Of a DNA stretch of 64,000 nucleotides, positions 47,813 through 57,511 are shown one piece after another. Location of the stretch: the NCBI GenBank assembly GCA_963674755.2, contig CAXXVS010000002.1, positions 1,440,001 to 1,504,000 of the forward strand. Direction: 5' to 3'. Both the position numbers and the translations under genes were made by a program. This DNA is from Desulfobacterales bacterium (lineage in GTDB: Bacteria > Desulfobacterota > Desulfobacteria > Desulfobacterales > UBA5852). How positions within the stretch are numbered: the first letter of the stretch is position 1; every line of letters begins with the position of its first letter. The notes beneath the pieces are model-generated. The model ran no database searches. It worked only from the letters and a program-made list of their open reading frames with translations, and was not told where the DNA came from.

Positions 47813-50800
47813 TCAGGTCAGGCGTTGGGCCGGGGCGTGGCCTTCCGCCGCCAGTCTTTTCAGGGCCCGCTTGTATTCCAGCGGCGTGATCTTGACGAAG
47901 CGCGGCTGAAACCGGTCCCAATGCTCCAGAATGCGTTCGGCCAGGGTGCTGTGGGTGCAATCCCGGTGTTTTCGAATTAGCGCCTGCAAGGTATCCACAT
48001 CCTCCAGCGTTTCCACGGGCTCCAGCGCCACCCCTTCCCGGTTGCAGCGGCGGGCCGCGAAGTCGCCGTCCGCATCCAGGACATAGGCCACGCCGCCGCT
48101 CATGCCGGCCGCGAAATTCCGTCCCGTGACGCCCAGCACGACCACCACCCCGCCGGTCATGTATTCGCAGCCATGATCCCCCACGCCTTCCACGACCCCC
48201 ACCGCCCCGCTGTTGCGCACGGCAAAGCGCTCACCGGCCACCCCCCGGATGAAGACTTCACCGGCCGTGGCCCCGTAGAGCACCACGTTGCCCACGATGA
48301 TGTTCTCCTCGGCGGGAAACGTTGCCGCGGCGGACGGACGCAGACTGAGCCGGGCGCCGGAAAGGCCCTTGCCGAAATAATCGTTGGCCTCCCCCTCCAG
48401 ATGGATGCTAAGCCCCGGGGCGCCGAAGGCCGCAAAGCTCTGGCCGCCCGTTCCCCGGGCCCGGATCACGATGGTGTCCTCCGGCAAGCCATCCTGGCCG
48501 TGGCGCTTGGCGATTTCGTGGCTCAGGGTGGTGCCGACGCTGCGCTGGGTATTACGGACCTCGAGGTCGATCGTCATTGGTTGTTGTCTCTCCAGGGCCG
48601 GCGCCAGGCGTTCGATCAGAGCGGTGTCGAGGGGCGGCGGGGCGGCCCGGGTTTCCGCCAGCAGGCAGTGGTCCTGCACCGCCGCGGGGATGTCGGGCTG
48701 CTGAAGGATGGCGGCGAGATCCAATCCGCCGGCTTTCCAGTGATCGATGGCGGCGGTCATCTCCAGGCAGTCCACCCGCCCGACCATCTCCGCCACCGTG
48801 CGGAATCCCAGTTCGGCCATGATGCTGCGCAGATCCTCGGCCACGAAACGCATGAAATTGACCAGATGCCCGGGCCGGCCGGTGAACTTCTTGCGCAACT
48901 CCGGGTCCTGGGTGGCGATGCCCACCGGGCAGGTGTTCAGGTGGCAGACCCGCATCATGATGCACCCCAGACACACCAGGGACACCGTACCGAAACCGAA
49001 TTCCTCGGCCCCCAGGAGGGCCGCCACGGCCACGTCCCGGGCGGTCTTCAACTGGCCGTCGGTCTCCAGCACCACGCGGTCCCGCAGGCCGTTCTGTCGA
49101 AGCACCTGGCGTGCTTCCGATAGCCCCAGCTCCCAGGGGAGCCCGCCGTAGCGGATCGACGTCAGGGGCGAGGCCCCGGTGCCGCCCACATCGCCGCTGA
49201 TAAGGACCACGTCGGCCCCGGCCTTGGCCACGCCGGCCGCAATCGTACCGACGCCGGCCTCGGAAACGAGCTTCACGCTCACCCGGGCGGCCGGGTTGGC
49301 CATCTTGAGATCGTAGATCAACTGGGCCAGGTCTTCGATGGAGTAGATGTCGTGGTGGGGCGGCGGTGAAATAAGTCCCACGTAAGGGGTGCAGTGGCGG
49401 GTCTTGGCGATCCAGGGGTAGACTTTGCTGCCGGGCAGCTGCCCGCCTTCACCGGGTTTGGCCCCCTGGGCCATCTTGATCTGCAATTCATCGGCATGGG
49501 TCAGGTAGTCAATGGTCACCCCGAAGCGCCCCGAAGCCACCTGCTTGATGGCGCTGTTGCGCCAGTCCCCATTGGCATCCGGCCGAAAGCGGTCGGCATC
49601 CTCCCCGCCCTCGCCACTGTTGCTGCGCCCCCCCAGGCGGTTCATGGCAATGGCCTGGGTTTCGTGGGCTTCCTTGCTGATGGAGCCATAGGACATGGCC
49701 CCGGTCTTGAAGCGTTTGACGATGGCGGTCCAGGGCTCCACCGTGTCCAGGGGCACGGAATCGCCCGCCGGCCGCAGGTCGAAGAGGCCGCGCAGCAGTC
49801 CGCCCTCACGGTTCTGCCGATTGACGATGGTCGAAAAATCATCCCAGGCCGACCGGTTATTCTCTCGGACGGCCTGCTGCAGGCGGGCGATGGTCAAAGG
49901 GTTGTACTGATGCCGCTCCCCGTCACGTCGCCACTTGTAGGTCCCGCCAATCTCCAAAAGATCCTGGTCGGGAATGTCTGCGACGGGAAAGGCCTTTGTC
50001 AGACGCCGGGCGATCTCCCGGGCCAGGCCGTCCAGGTCGGCGCCACCGATGCGCGAGGCCGTCCAGGTAAAGTAGCGGTCCACCACCCCGGGCGCCAGAC
50101 CCACACACTCGAAGATCTGGGCCCCGCGGTAGCTCTGGAGGGTCGATATCCCCATTTTGGACATGACCTTGAGAAACCCCTTGTCCACGGCCTTGCGATA
50201 GCGCTGCAGCGCCTGATGGCTATCCCCCACCAGGGCCGGCTCCCGGGCGGCCTGGTCACGCAGGGTGGCATAGGCCAGGTAGGGGTAGATCGCCCCGGCG
50301 CCAAATCCGCACAGGCAGCAGAAATGGTGTACTTCCCGGGCCTCGCCGGTTTCCACCACCAGGCCGCAGCGCGTGCGCAGTCCCTCCCGGATCAGATGGT
50401 GATGGACCGCGGCGGTGGCCAGCAGGGCCGGGATGGGGGCCTGCTGGCGCGCCGCGTCGCGATCGGTCAGGATCAGCAGGGCCGCGCCTTGGGAAACCGC
50501 TTCCGCGGCCTGCCGGCAAAGGGCTTCCAGCGCCTCTTCCAGCCCGCTGCCGCCCTGGCCAAGGGGATACAATATGGCAAGCGCCTCTGTTTTCAGACCG
50601 GACTGGCCCCGCAAGCGGGCCATATCTTCGTCCGATAGAAGCGGCCGCTCCAGGAACAGCTGATGGGCGTGCTGCGGTGTTTCCGCGAAGAGATTCCGTT
50701 CGCTGCCGATGGTGGTGGCCAGGGAAGTCACCAGTTGTTCGCGGATGGCATCCAGGGGCGGATTGGTGACCTGGGCAAAAAGCTGCTTGAAATAGTCGTA

Positions 50801-52378
50801 GAGCAGCCGGGGCCGGCGGGACAGGATGGCCAGGGGGATGTCGTCCCCCATGGACCCGGTGGGCTCTCTGCCGTCCCGGCCCATGGGCGCCAGGATCATG
50901 CGGATCTCTTCCGTCGTATAGCCGAAAAGCTTCTGGAGTGTTGACAGGCGGTCTCCGGCCGGCAGCACAGGCGCCGCTTCCGGCAGCTCCGCCAGGGAAA
51001 CCATATTCCCGCGAATCCACTGCCCGTAAGGGCGGCGTCCGGCGATACCCGCTTTGATTTCCTCGTCCTCGACGATCCGGCCCTCCGCCATATCCACCAG
51101 GAACATACGGCCGGGCTGTAGACGGCCTTTCTTCAGGACATTTTCCGGTTCAATGGTCAATACCCCCGTCTCCGATGCCATGATCACCCGGTCGTCGCGG
51201 GTAACCGTATAACGGGAGGGGCGCAGGCCGTTGCGGTCCAGCACGGCCCCCACCACCGTACCGTCCGTAAAGGGAATCGAGGCCGGTCCGTCCCAGGGTT
51301 CCATGAGGCAGGCGTGGTAGGCATAGAAGTCCTTCTTGGCGGCCGGCATGGTGGCATGATGCTGCCAGGCTTCGGGGATGAGCATCATGATGCAATGGGG
51401 CAGGGAGCGGCCCGTGTGGTAGAGCAGCTCCAGGGCATTGTCCAGGATCATGGAATCGCTGCCCCCCGGTGTGGCCACCGGAAACAGTTTGACCAGGTCT
51501 TCCCCGAACAACTCGGAAGCGAAGAGCCCCTGGCGGGCGTTCATCCAGTTGATATTGCCCCGCAGGGTGTTGATCTCCCCGTTGTGGCACAGAAAGCGAA
51601 AGGGCTGGGCCAGCCCCCAGGATGGCAGGGTGTTGGTGCTGTAACGCTGGTGGACGATGGCCAGGGCCGAAGCCATGGCGGGATCGTCCAGATCGGGATA
51701 GAAGGGGCGCATCTGATCGGCCAGGAACATGCCTTTGTAGACCAGGGTTCGGGCGGAAAGGCTGGGAATATGGAACGCGCTCTTCCCGGACCCGCCGGCC
51801 TCCCGAACCCGCTTTTCCATGACCTTGCGGATGAGGTAAAGCTTGCGTTCAAATGCGGCGGCGTCCGTTAGCTCCTCCCCCCGGCCGATGAAAACCTGCC
51901 GGATCGAAGGACGCGTGGATCGAGCCAGATCGCCGATGACTTCCGGACGGACCGGCACCCGGCGCCAGCCCAGCAGCACCTGCCCTTCTTCACGGACCAC
52001 GGCCTCGAATTGGGTCCGACACCACTGCCGCCGGTTTTCATCGTGGGGCAAAAATACCAGCCCGGCCCCGTAAGCGCCCTTTGCCGGCAGGGCGATACCC
52101 GCCTCCTGGGCGGCTTTCAGCAAAAAGGCATGGGGCATCTGGATCAGGATGCCGGCCCCGTCACCGGTGGTGGCGTCGCAGCCGCAGGCCCCGCGGTGGG
52201 CCAGATTCTCCAGGATCCGCAGGCCGTCGCGCACGATGGCGTGCGAGGCATGCCCCTTGATGTGGCAGACCAGCCCTACACCGCAGGCATCGTGATCGAA
52301 CAGGGGGCTATAGAGCCCCTGGGCCCGGGGAGGCCGGCAAAGGGTGTCGCTGGGGGATGAATGGTGTCGCTCAGGCAT
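47813..52378 (-). CDS. gltB: Glutamate synthase large subunit
   Basis: HDACGVG, HQRYSTNT, HNGEINT, AMSYGSIS, KQVASGRFGV, CIMMRVCHLNTCP; start could be 52435 or 52438. Confidence 0.97.
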   Translation of the reverse strand: MPERHHSSPSDTLCRPPRAQGLYSPLFDHDACGVGLVCHIKGHASHAIVRDGLRILENLAHRGACGCDATTGDGAGILIQMPHAFLLKAAQEAGIALPAKGAYGAGLVFLPHDENRRQWCRTQFEAVVREEGQVLLGWRRVPVRPEVIGDLARSTRPSIRQVFIGRGEELTDAAAFERKLYLIRKVMEKRVREAGGSGKSAFHIPSLSARTLVYKGMFLADQMRPFYPDLDDPAMASALAIVHQRYSTNTLPSWGLAQPFRFLCHNGEINTLRGNINWMNARQGLFASELFGEDLVKLFPVATPGGSDSMILDNALELLYHTGRSLPHCIMMLIPEAWQHHATMPAAKKDFYAYHACLMEPWDGPASIPFTDGTVVGAVLDRNGLRPSRYTVTRDDRVIMASETGVLTIEPENVLKKGRLQPGRMFLVDMAEGRIVEDEEIKAGIAGRRPYGQWIRGNMVSLAELPEAAPVLPAGDRLSTLQKLFGYTTEEIRMILAPMGRDGREPTGSMGDDIPLAILSRRPRLLYDYFKQLFAQVTNPPLDAIREQLVTSLATTIGSERNLFAETPQHAHQLFLERPLLSDEDMARLRGQSGLKTEALAILYPLGQGGSGLEEALEALCRQAAEAVSQGAALLILTDRDAARQQAPIPALLATAAVHHHLIREGLRTRCGLVVETGEAREVHHFCCLCGFGAGAIYPYLAYATLRDQAAREPALVGDSHQALQRYRKAVDKGFLKVMSKMGISTLQSYRGAQIFECVGLAPGVVDRYFTWTASRIGGADLDGLAREIARRLTKAFPVADIPDQDLLEIGGTYKWRRDGERHQYNPLTIARLQQAVRENNRSAWDDFSTIVNRQNREGGLLRGLFDLRPAGDSVPLDTVEPWTAIVKRFKTGAMSYGSISKEAHETQAIAMNRLGGRSNSGEGGEDADRFRPDANGDWRNSAIKQVASGRFGVTIDYLTHADELQIKMAQGAKPGEGGQLPGSKVYPWIAKTRHCTPYVGLISPPPHHDIYSIEDLAQLIYDLKMANPAARVSVKLVSEAGVGTIAAGVAKAGADVVLISGDVGGTGASPLTSIRYGGLPWELGLSEARQVLRQNGLRDRVVLETDGQLKTARDVAVAALLGAEEFGFGTVSLVCLGCIMMRVCHLNTCPVGIATQDPELRKKFTGRPGHLVNFMRFVAEDLRSIMAELGFRTVAEMVGRVDCLEMTAAIDHWKAGGLDLAAILQQPDIPAAVQDHCLLAETRAAPPPLDTALIERLAPALERQQPMTIDLEVRNTQRSVGTTLSHEIAKRHGQDGLPEDTIVIRARGTGGQSFAAFGAPGLSIHLEGEANDYFGKGLSGARLSLRPSAAATFPAEENIIVGNVVLYGATAGEVFIRGVAGERFAVRNSGAVGVVEGVGDHGCEYMTGGVVVVLGVTGRNFAAGMSGGVAYVLDADGDFAARRCNREGVALEPVETLEDVDTLQALIRKHRDCTHSTLAERILEHWDRFQPRFVKITPLEYKRALKRLAAEGHAPAQRLT

Positions 52379-52683
52379 CTCGTTTGGGTTCCATTCGCGA
52401 AAGCTGGGTAGCGTGACCTGCTTGGTCGTATACATCAAACAAGGCGATAGATAGCAAGCCTCATACCAGACGGGCCGCCCGGCGCCTTAAATGCACCAAC
52501 GGCCCGAACCGCATACTTCGGGCATCTTGCCAGCTTGCCCGCAGGGAACAGACCGCCTCCCTTCTGAATGACAATTATGTCGCCAAACCGCCGTCCCGCT
52601 GACAACTTTGTCAGGCATTCACCCAAAGTTGCGGGAAAGCGTCTTCGACCTGCGGCCCCGAGATAGTCGTATGGATGACGGTC

Positions 52684-53934
52684 TTAGGGATGCCGCCGCC
52701 CCCTGATCTTCCAGTGCAAGCCGGCAAACCAGAGAACGGCCAGCACCTGCAGCGCGAGCAGCAGCCCGAAACCGGCCCGGTAGCCTTCCGGGGCATAGCC
52801 GGTGAGGGTGTTGGGCCATTGATCGATGACCGCGCCGACGCCCCATTGCGCGCCGAAGGCGGCCACGAAGACCAGCAGGTTGAGGCCGGTGTTGACCCGG
52901 CCGGCCAGATCGGCCGGGAAGCGCTGGGAAAGATCGGCGTAGACCAGAATGCCGCTGGTGCCGGAAAATCCGAATACGATCCAGAGCAGCATGGGGGGCA
53001 GGCGCCATTGCAGCATGATCGCGGCCTGGCAGGACATGAAAAGCAGCATGCCCGCAGCGGCCACCGTCATGGGACGGATACCGGCGCGGCTGAGACGTTC
53101 GGCCACGGTTCCCATAAAAATATAGCCGGCCACCATGCCGGCCGCCGTGGCGAAGAGAACGCCCGCCACGGCACCCCGCTCCAACCCGGCCACGTCCCGC
53201 AGCCAGGGGCCGGCCCACAGGCTCTGCAGCGCCATGAAGGTGGCCTGGGAAAGGGTGGCCCAAGGCGCCGCCCGCCAGAACACCGGACTGGAGAAGATTC
53301 GCCATACGCCGCGTCCCTGGTCGCGCAGCGAGGCCGCCGGCGCTGTAACCGGCTTGTCCGGCACCACCCCCCAGATCACGATCGCCACCAGCACCGTCAA
53401 AACGGTCAGTCCGGTAAAAAGGCCCCGCCAGTCGGTCACCGACAGCAGGAATTCCACCGGTGCGGTAGCGGACATGGCACCCAGTCCGCCGGAGGCCATC
53501 TGGATACCGTTGACCAACGGCAGCTGGCGGCGCGGAAACCACTGCACGAAGGCCTTGAAGGCCGCCATCAGACAGGCGGAGACCCCGAAACCGATCAGGG
53601 CGCGGCCCACGACGACTTCCGTCAGGGTGGTGCCGCGGGCGAACAGCAAAGCGCCGGCCGCGGCAACGAGCAGCAGCAAGGCTTCGATGCGCCGGGGACC
53701 GAAACGATCCAGCAGGACCCCAAGGGGCAGCTGGGCCGAAGCGAAGGCGATGAAATAGGCCGCCGTCAACAGCCCCAGAGCAGACGGGGCGATTCCCAGG
53801 TCCAGGGCCAGATTGGGGGCGATGACCGCATTCACCGTCCGGAAGAGATAGGAGAGAAAATACCCGCCGGCAAAGGGCAGGAAGATGCGCAGATGGAAGG
53901 CAAAGGCGTGTTGGCTCATCGGGATGGTATCCAC
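52684..53934 (-). CDS. MFS transporter
   Basis: GVLLDRFGPRR motif A, GRALIGFG, many hydrophobic helices. Confidence 0.9.
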   Translation of the reverse strand: MDTIPMSQHAFAFHLRIFLPFAGGYFLSYLFRTVNAVIAPNLALDLGIAPSALGLLTAAYFIAFASAQLPLGVLLDRFGPRRIEALLLLVAAAGALLFARGTTLTEVVVGRALIGFGVSACLMAAFKAFVQWFPRRQLPLVNGIQMASGGLGAMSATAPVEFLLSVTDWRGLFTGLTVLTVLVAIVIWGVVPDKPVTAPAASLRDQGRGVWRIFSSPVFWRAAPWATLSQATFMALQSLWAGPWLRDVAGLERGAVAGVLFATAAGMVAGYIFMGTVAERLSRAGIRPMTVAAAGMLLFMSCQAAIMLQWRLPPMLLWIVFGFSGTSGILVYADLSQRFPADLAGRVNTGLNLLVFVAAFGAQWGVGAVIDQWPNTLTGYAPEGYRAGFGLLLALQVLAVLWFAGLHWKIRGRRHP

Positions 53935-54326
53935 TGTTCGCAGCCGGGCGGTTTTCCATGATCAGGCGCATCGACGGTGCCACGATTGGGTGGGGAAGTC
54001 AAAAGGAAAACCGGGCGGCTTGCCTGACGGTCGTGCCCCGGCATCGGGGCCGGCGCCCTGCTTGCCTCTTGACGGCGGGGCCTCAGGTATCCATATATAG
54101 GAACGCGCATCCGCCGTTCTTCCCACTGCCCACCGAGGCCGCTTTAGCGGCGCTTCCCTTTTACCCATCATCGCGGATGATCGCAGTGTCATGCCCGGTC
54201 GCGGACGATTTGCGGATGGGGTCTGATCGACCCCTCCGGCGCGCAGGTCCCTCTGTTTTTGGCAAAAGGCGTCATTGCCCGTTTTAACGCCCCATTTCAC
54301 CGCTTGTCATGCGAAAGGAGGTCCCC

Positions 54327-54710
54327 ATGTCCATGTCACGGCGTCTCAGTATCGCGATTCTCTGTGCAGCCGCATTGCTTTTAATGATCGGGTGCGCCAC
54401 GGTGCGGTTTACGCCCACCGGGGAGTCCCGTCCCGCCTACGCGGGCGCGGTCAAAATTTTGAAGGCCTACCCGGAAAAGGGCACCTATGACGAAATCGGC
54501 TGGGTATCCGCCGACGGTGATTTCAATACCCCCTGGTCGCAGCTGCTGGGCCTGCTGCAGAAGGAGGCAGCGGCCCACGGCGCCAACGCCATCGTTATCG
54601 AAGAAAAATTCACCACCCAGATGGACACGCCCCAGTACAGCGTGGGCGTCAACCAGCAAAACGACGTGCGCTCCGTGACAGCGGTGGCGATTCGGGTCAA
54701 CGCCCCCTGA
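54327..54710 (+). CDS. Small lipoprotein
   Basis: aaggagg RBS, lipobox-like MIGC, KEAAAHGANAIVI. Confidence 0.75.
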   Translation: MSMSRRLSIAILCAAALLLMIGCATVRFTPTGESRPAYAGAVKILKAYPEKGTYDEIGWVSADGDFNTPWSQLLGLLQKEAAAHGANAIVIEEKFTTQMDTPQYSVGVNQQNDVRSVTAVAIRVNAP

Positions 54711-54881
54711 GCCCCTGGGCGATCCCCGGTCGATACACGTTTGACGGGCCCCAGGACATGCTCACGCGCGGAATCGTTGCCATTGCCCCTCGTTTCTGAT
54801 AATCGTTCCTGATTAATGGCGGACTGCTCTTTTCCGTTATGGGCAGCGCCTGCCGTTCAATCATCTTAAGCGAGGTATGCC

Positions 54882-55862
54882 ATGAATTCATCCCGCCCAG
54901 CACCGCCTGTTCACCAGCTTCCCGGAATACCAGCGCCGGGTGCCATGAACCGGCGCAGCTTCTTGAAACACAATGCCCGTCTGCTGCTGTGGACCTGTGC
55001 CGTCACGGCCGGGCTGCGGCTGCCCCGGGTAAAGGCGGCTGATCCGGTGCCGGATATCGCCGTGGCCGTGGGTAGCCGGGTGCCGGCCACCCGGGCCGCG
55101 GTGGACCTGCTGGGCGGCATGGGGCGGTTCGTAAAACCCGGCCAGAAGGTGGTGATCAAGCCCAATATGAGTTTTGGCGGCGGTCCCGAAGACGGCACCG
55201 ACACCCACCCGGATATCATCCGCGAACTGGTGACCCTGTGCAAGGAAGCCGGTGCGGCGCGCGTCCGGGTGCTGGACCACACCCTGCGGCGGGAGGAGCG
55301 CTGTATCGAAGGCGTTCAAAAGGCCTGCGAGCTGTACGGCGACGACGTCGTCCAGGCGGTCTCCCGCAGCCGTTTCTTCAAGGCCGCGGCCATTCCGGAA
55401 GGCCACCAGATGCGGGAAACCGATGTGATGCGGGACGTGCTCGAGGCCGATGTCCTGATCGCCGCCCCGGTGGCCAAGTCTCATTCGGGCTCCGGGGTCA
55501 GCCTGTCCATGAAGGGCATGATGGGGCTCATCTACAATCGGGGCGTCATGCACAGCCGCTACGACTTGCATGAATCCATCGTGGATCTGGCCTCCCTGCT
55601 GAAGCCGGCCCTGGTGGTGGTGGACGGCTCCCGGGTCCTGAGCACCCATGGCCCGGGAGGCCCGGGACTCGTGCTCAAGAGCGATACCATCATCGCCTCG
55701 GCGGACATGGTGGCGGCCGATGCCCAGGCCGTGGCCATGTTCGAGTGGTACGGGCGCAAGCTGCAGCCCCGCAACGTGAAACACATCCGCATCGCCCACG
55801 AGCGCGGGCTGGGACGCATGGATGTGGAAAACCTGACACGCAAGCAAGTCCAGGTCGGATGA
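54882..55862 (+). CDS. DUF362-like protein with Tat signal
   Basis: NRRSFLK, GGMGRFVKPGQKVVIKPN, PVAKSH, LSMKGMMG, DMVAADA; alternative start at 54945. Confidence 0.87.
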   Translation: MNSSRPAPPVHQLPGIPAPGAMNRRSFLKHNARLLLWTCAVTAGLRLPRVKAADPVPDIAVAVGSRVPATRAAVDLLGGMGRFVKPGQKVVIKPNMSFGGGPEDGTDTHPDIIRELVTLCKEAGAARVRVLDHTLRREERCIEGVQKACELYGDDVVQAVSRSRFFKAAAIPEGHQMRETDVMRDVLEADVLIAAPVAKSHSGSGVSLSMKGMMGLIYNRGVMHSRYDLHESIVDLASLLKPALVVVDGSRVLSTHGPGGPGLVLKSDTIIASADMVAADAQAVAMFEWYGRKLQPRNVKHIRIAHERGLGRMDVENLTRKQVQVG

Positions 55863-57499
55863 CACTCCAGCGCTTCGTGCAGGTCGTCAGCCTGACGCTG
55901 TTTCTGCTCCTGCTGACCGGTGCCGCCCTCCATTACAGCGGCTGGCTGCCCCTCGATATGTTTCTGGGGCTCGATCCGGCGGCCGCCCTCCTGACCGGGC
56001 TCGCCGCCCGGGTGTGGCTGGGCACTTTCCTGGCGGCCCTGGCCCTCCTGGTGCTGACCGGGCTAGTGGGCCGGTTCTTCTGCGGCTACCTCTGCCCCCT
56101 GGGCACCCTGATCGACGGCGCGGAGGCCTGTCTGCGCCAACCCGCGGCGGCCAGACCCGGCCTGCCCCCCCAATGGCGCCGCGCTAAATACGCGCTGCTG
56201 GTCTTTTGTGTCGCCGCGGCCTCGGCCGGCTTGTCACTGGCCTTTCTGGTGGCCCCCATCCCGCTGGTAACACGCTTTGTGGCCCTGACCATTCTGCCCG
56301 CCCTGCAGCTGCTGGCCGACGGGCTGCTCCAGCTGGTGGCCCCCCTGGCCGACCGGTTCGATCTCACCCGTCTGCTCTATCTCCAACTGCCCCTGCCGCG
56401 CTTTGACCTGCAATGGGTCACCCTGCTGCTGGTGCTGCTCATTCTGGCCAGCGGCCGCTGGTGGTCCCGCCTCTGGTGCCGCTGCCTCTGCCCGGCAGGC
56501 GCCCTGATGGCCCTTTGTGCCCAACGCCCGCTGGTACGCCGCCGGGTCAGCGAGGACTGCATCGACTGCGGCCTGTGCGCCCGCCGCTGCCCCACGGCGG
56601 CCATCGGCGACGATCCCCGCCTTACCGCCCATGGGGAATGCATCACCTGCCAGACCTGCCGCCGGGTGTGCCCGACCGGGGCCGTAAAATTTTCCTTTGC
56701 CCCGGCCAAGCCCGTGGCGGAAAAACCTGGTGTTATCCTTTCCCGTCGGGGGCTAATGGTAACCGCGGCCTGCGGCCTGGGCAGCGCCGCCATCACCCTG
56801 ACCGGGGCCCGCCATCTGTTGGGGGAGACCGGCACCCGGCGCATCATTCCGCCGCATCTGATCCGCCCGCCCGGAGCCCGCCCCGAAAACGACTTTCTGC
56901 GGCGCTGCTACCGCTGCGGCGCCTGCCTGGCCGCCTGCCCCACCAACACCCTGCAGCCTTTCGGTCTGGACGCCGGCCTGCCGGGCCTGCTGACACCGGT
57001 GATAACGCCCCAGATAGGCCCCTGCGACCCCACCTGCACGGCCTGCGGTCAGGCCTGCCCCACCCGGGCCATTCGCGCCCTGCTCCCGTCCGAGCGCATC
57101 TGGGCCAAGGTGGGCACGGCCCACATCCTGCGCCAAAAGTGCCTGGCCTGGGAGTTCGACCGCAAGTGTCTGGTATGCGACGAGGTCTGCCCCTATGATG
57201 CCATCGAACTGCGACGCGAACCGGGCCTCAAGGTGGCCGTGCCCTTCGTGGTGGAGAACCGTTGCAGCGGCTGCGGCTTCTGCGAGCATCACTGTCCGGT
57301 GGAAGCCCAACCCGCCATCGTGGTGGCGCCCATGGAAGCCCTGCGTCTGTCGACGGGCTCTTACCGGCGGGAAGGCCGGGCCATCGGCCTGCGTCTCCGG
57401 CTGAGCACCCAGAAGAAAGTTGCCGGGGGGGATGAAACCGTCTATCCGGTGGATGAAGGCCAGAATGGGTCGGGGCTGCCGCCGGGGTTTTCAGAATAA
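55859..57499 (+). CDS. Membrane polyferredoxin (NapH/MauN-like fused to NapG/MauM-like)
   Basis: GRFFCGYLCPLG, WCRCLCPAG, IRPPGA, multiple CxxCxxCxxxCP motifs. Confidence 0.9.
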   Translation: MTLQRFVQVVSLTLFLLLLTGAALHYSGWLPLDMFLGLDPAAALLTGLAARVWLGTFLAALALLVLTGLVGRFFCGYLCPLGTLIDGAEACLRQPAAARPGLPPQWRRAKYALLVFCVAAASAGLSLAFLVAPIPLVTRFVALTILPALQLLADGLLQLVAPLADRFDLTRLLYLQLPLPRFDLQWVTLLLVLLILASGRWWSRLWCRCLCPAGALMALCAQRPLVRRRVSEDCIDCGLCARRCPTAAIGDDPRLTAHGECITCQTCRRVCPTGAVKFSFAPAKPVAEKPGVILSRRGLMVTAACGLGSAAITLTGARHLLGETGTRRIIPPHLIRPPGARPENDFLRRCYRCGACLAACPTNTLQPFGLDAGLPGLLTPVITPQIGPCDPTCTACGQACPTRAIRALLPSERIWAKVGTAHILRQKCLAWEFDRKCLVCDEVCPYDAIELRREPGLKVAVPFVVENRCSGCGFCEHHCPVEAQPAIVVAPMEALRLSTGSYRREGRAIGLRLRLSTQKKVAGGDETVYPVDEGQNGSGLPPGFSE

Positions 57500-57511
57500 C
57501 CAGCCCGGCGG

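Noticed and set aside
53935..54326. Long intergenic regions (also 35531-35954) as tRNA or known ncRNA loci
   Set aside because: No T-loop GTTCRA cloverleaf or recognisable RNA family motif; only short GC hairpins.
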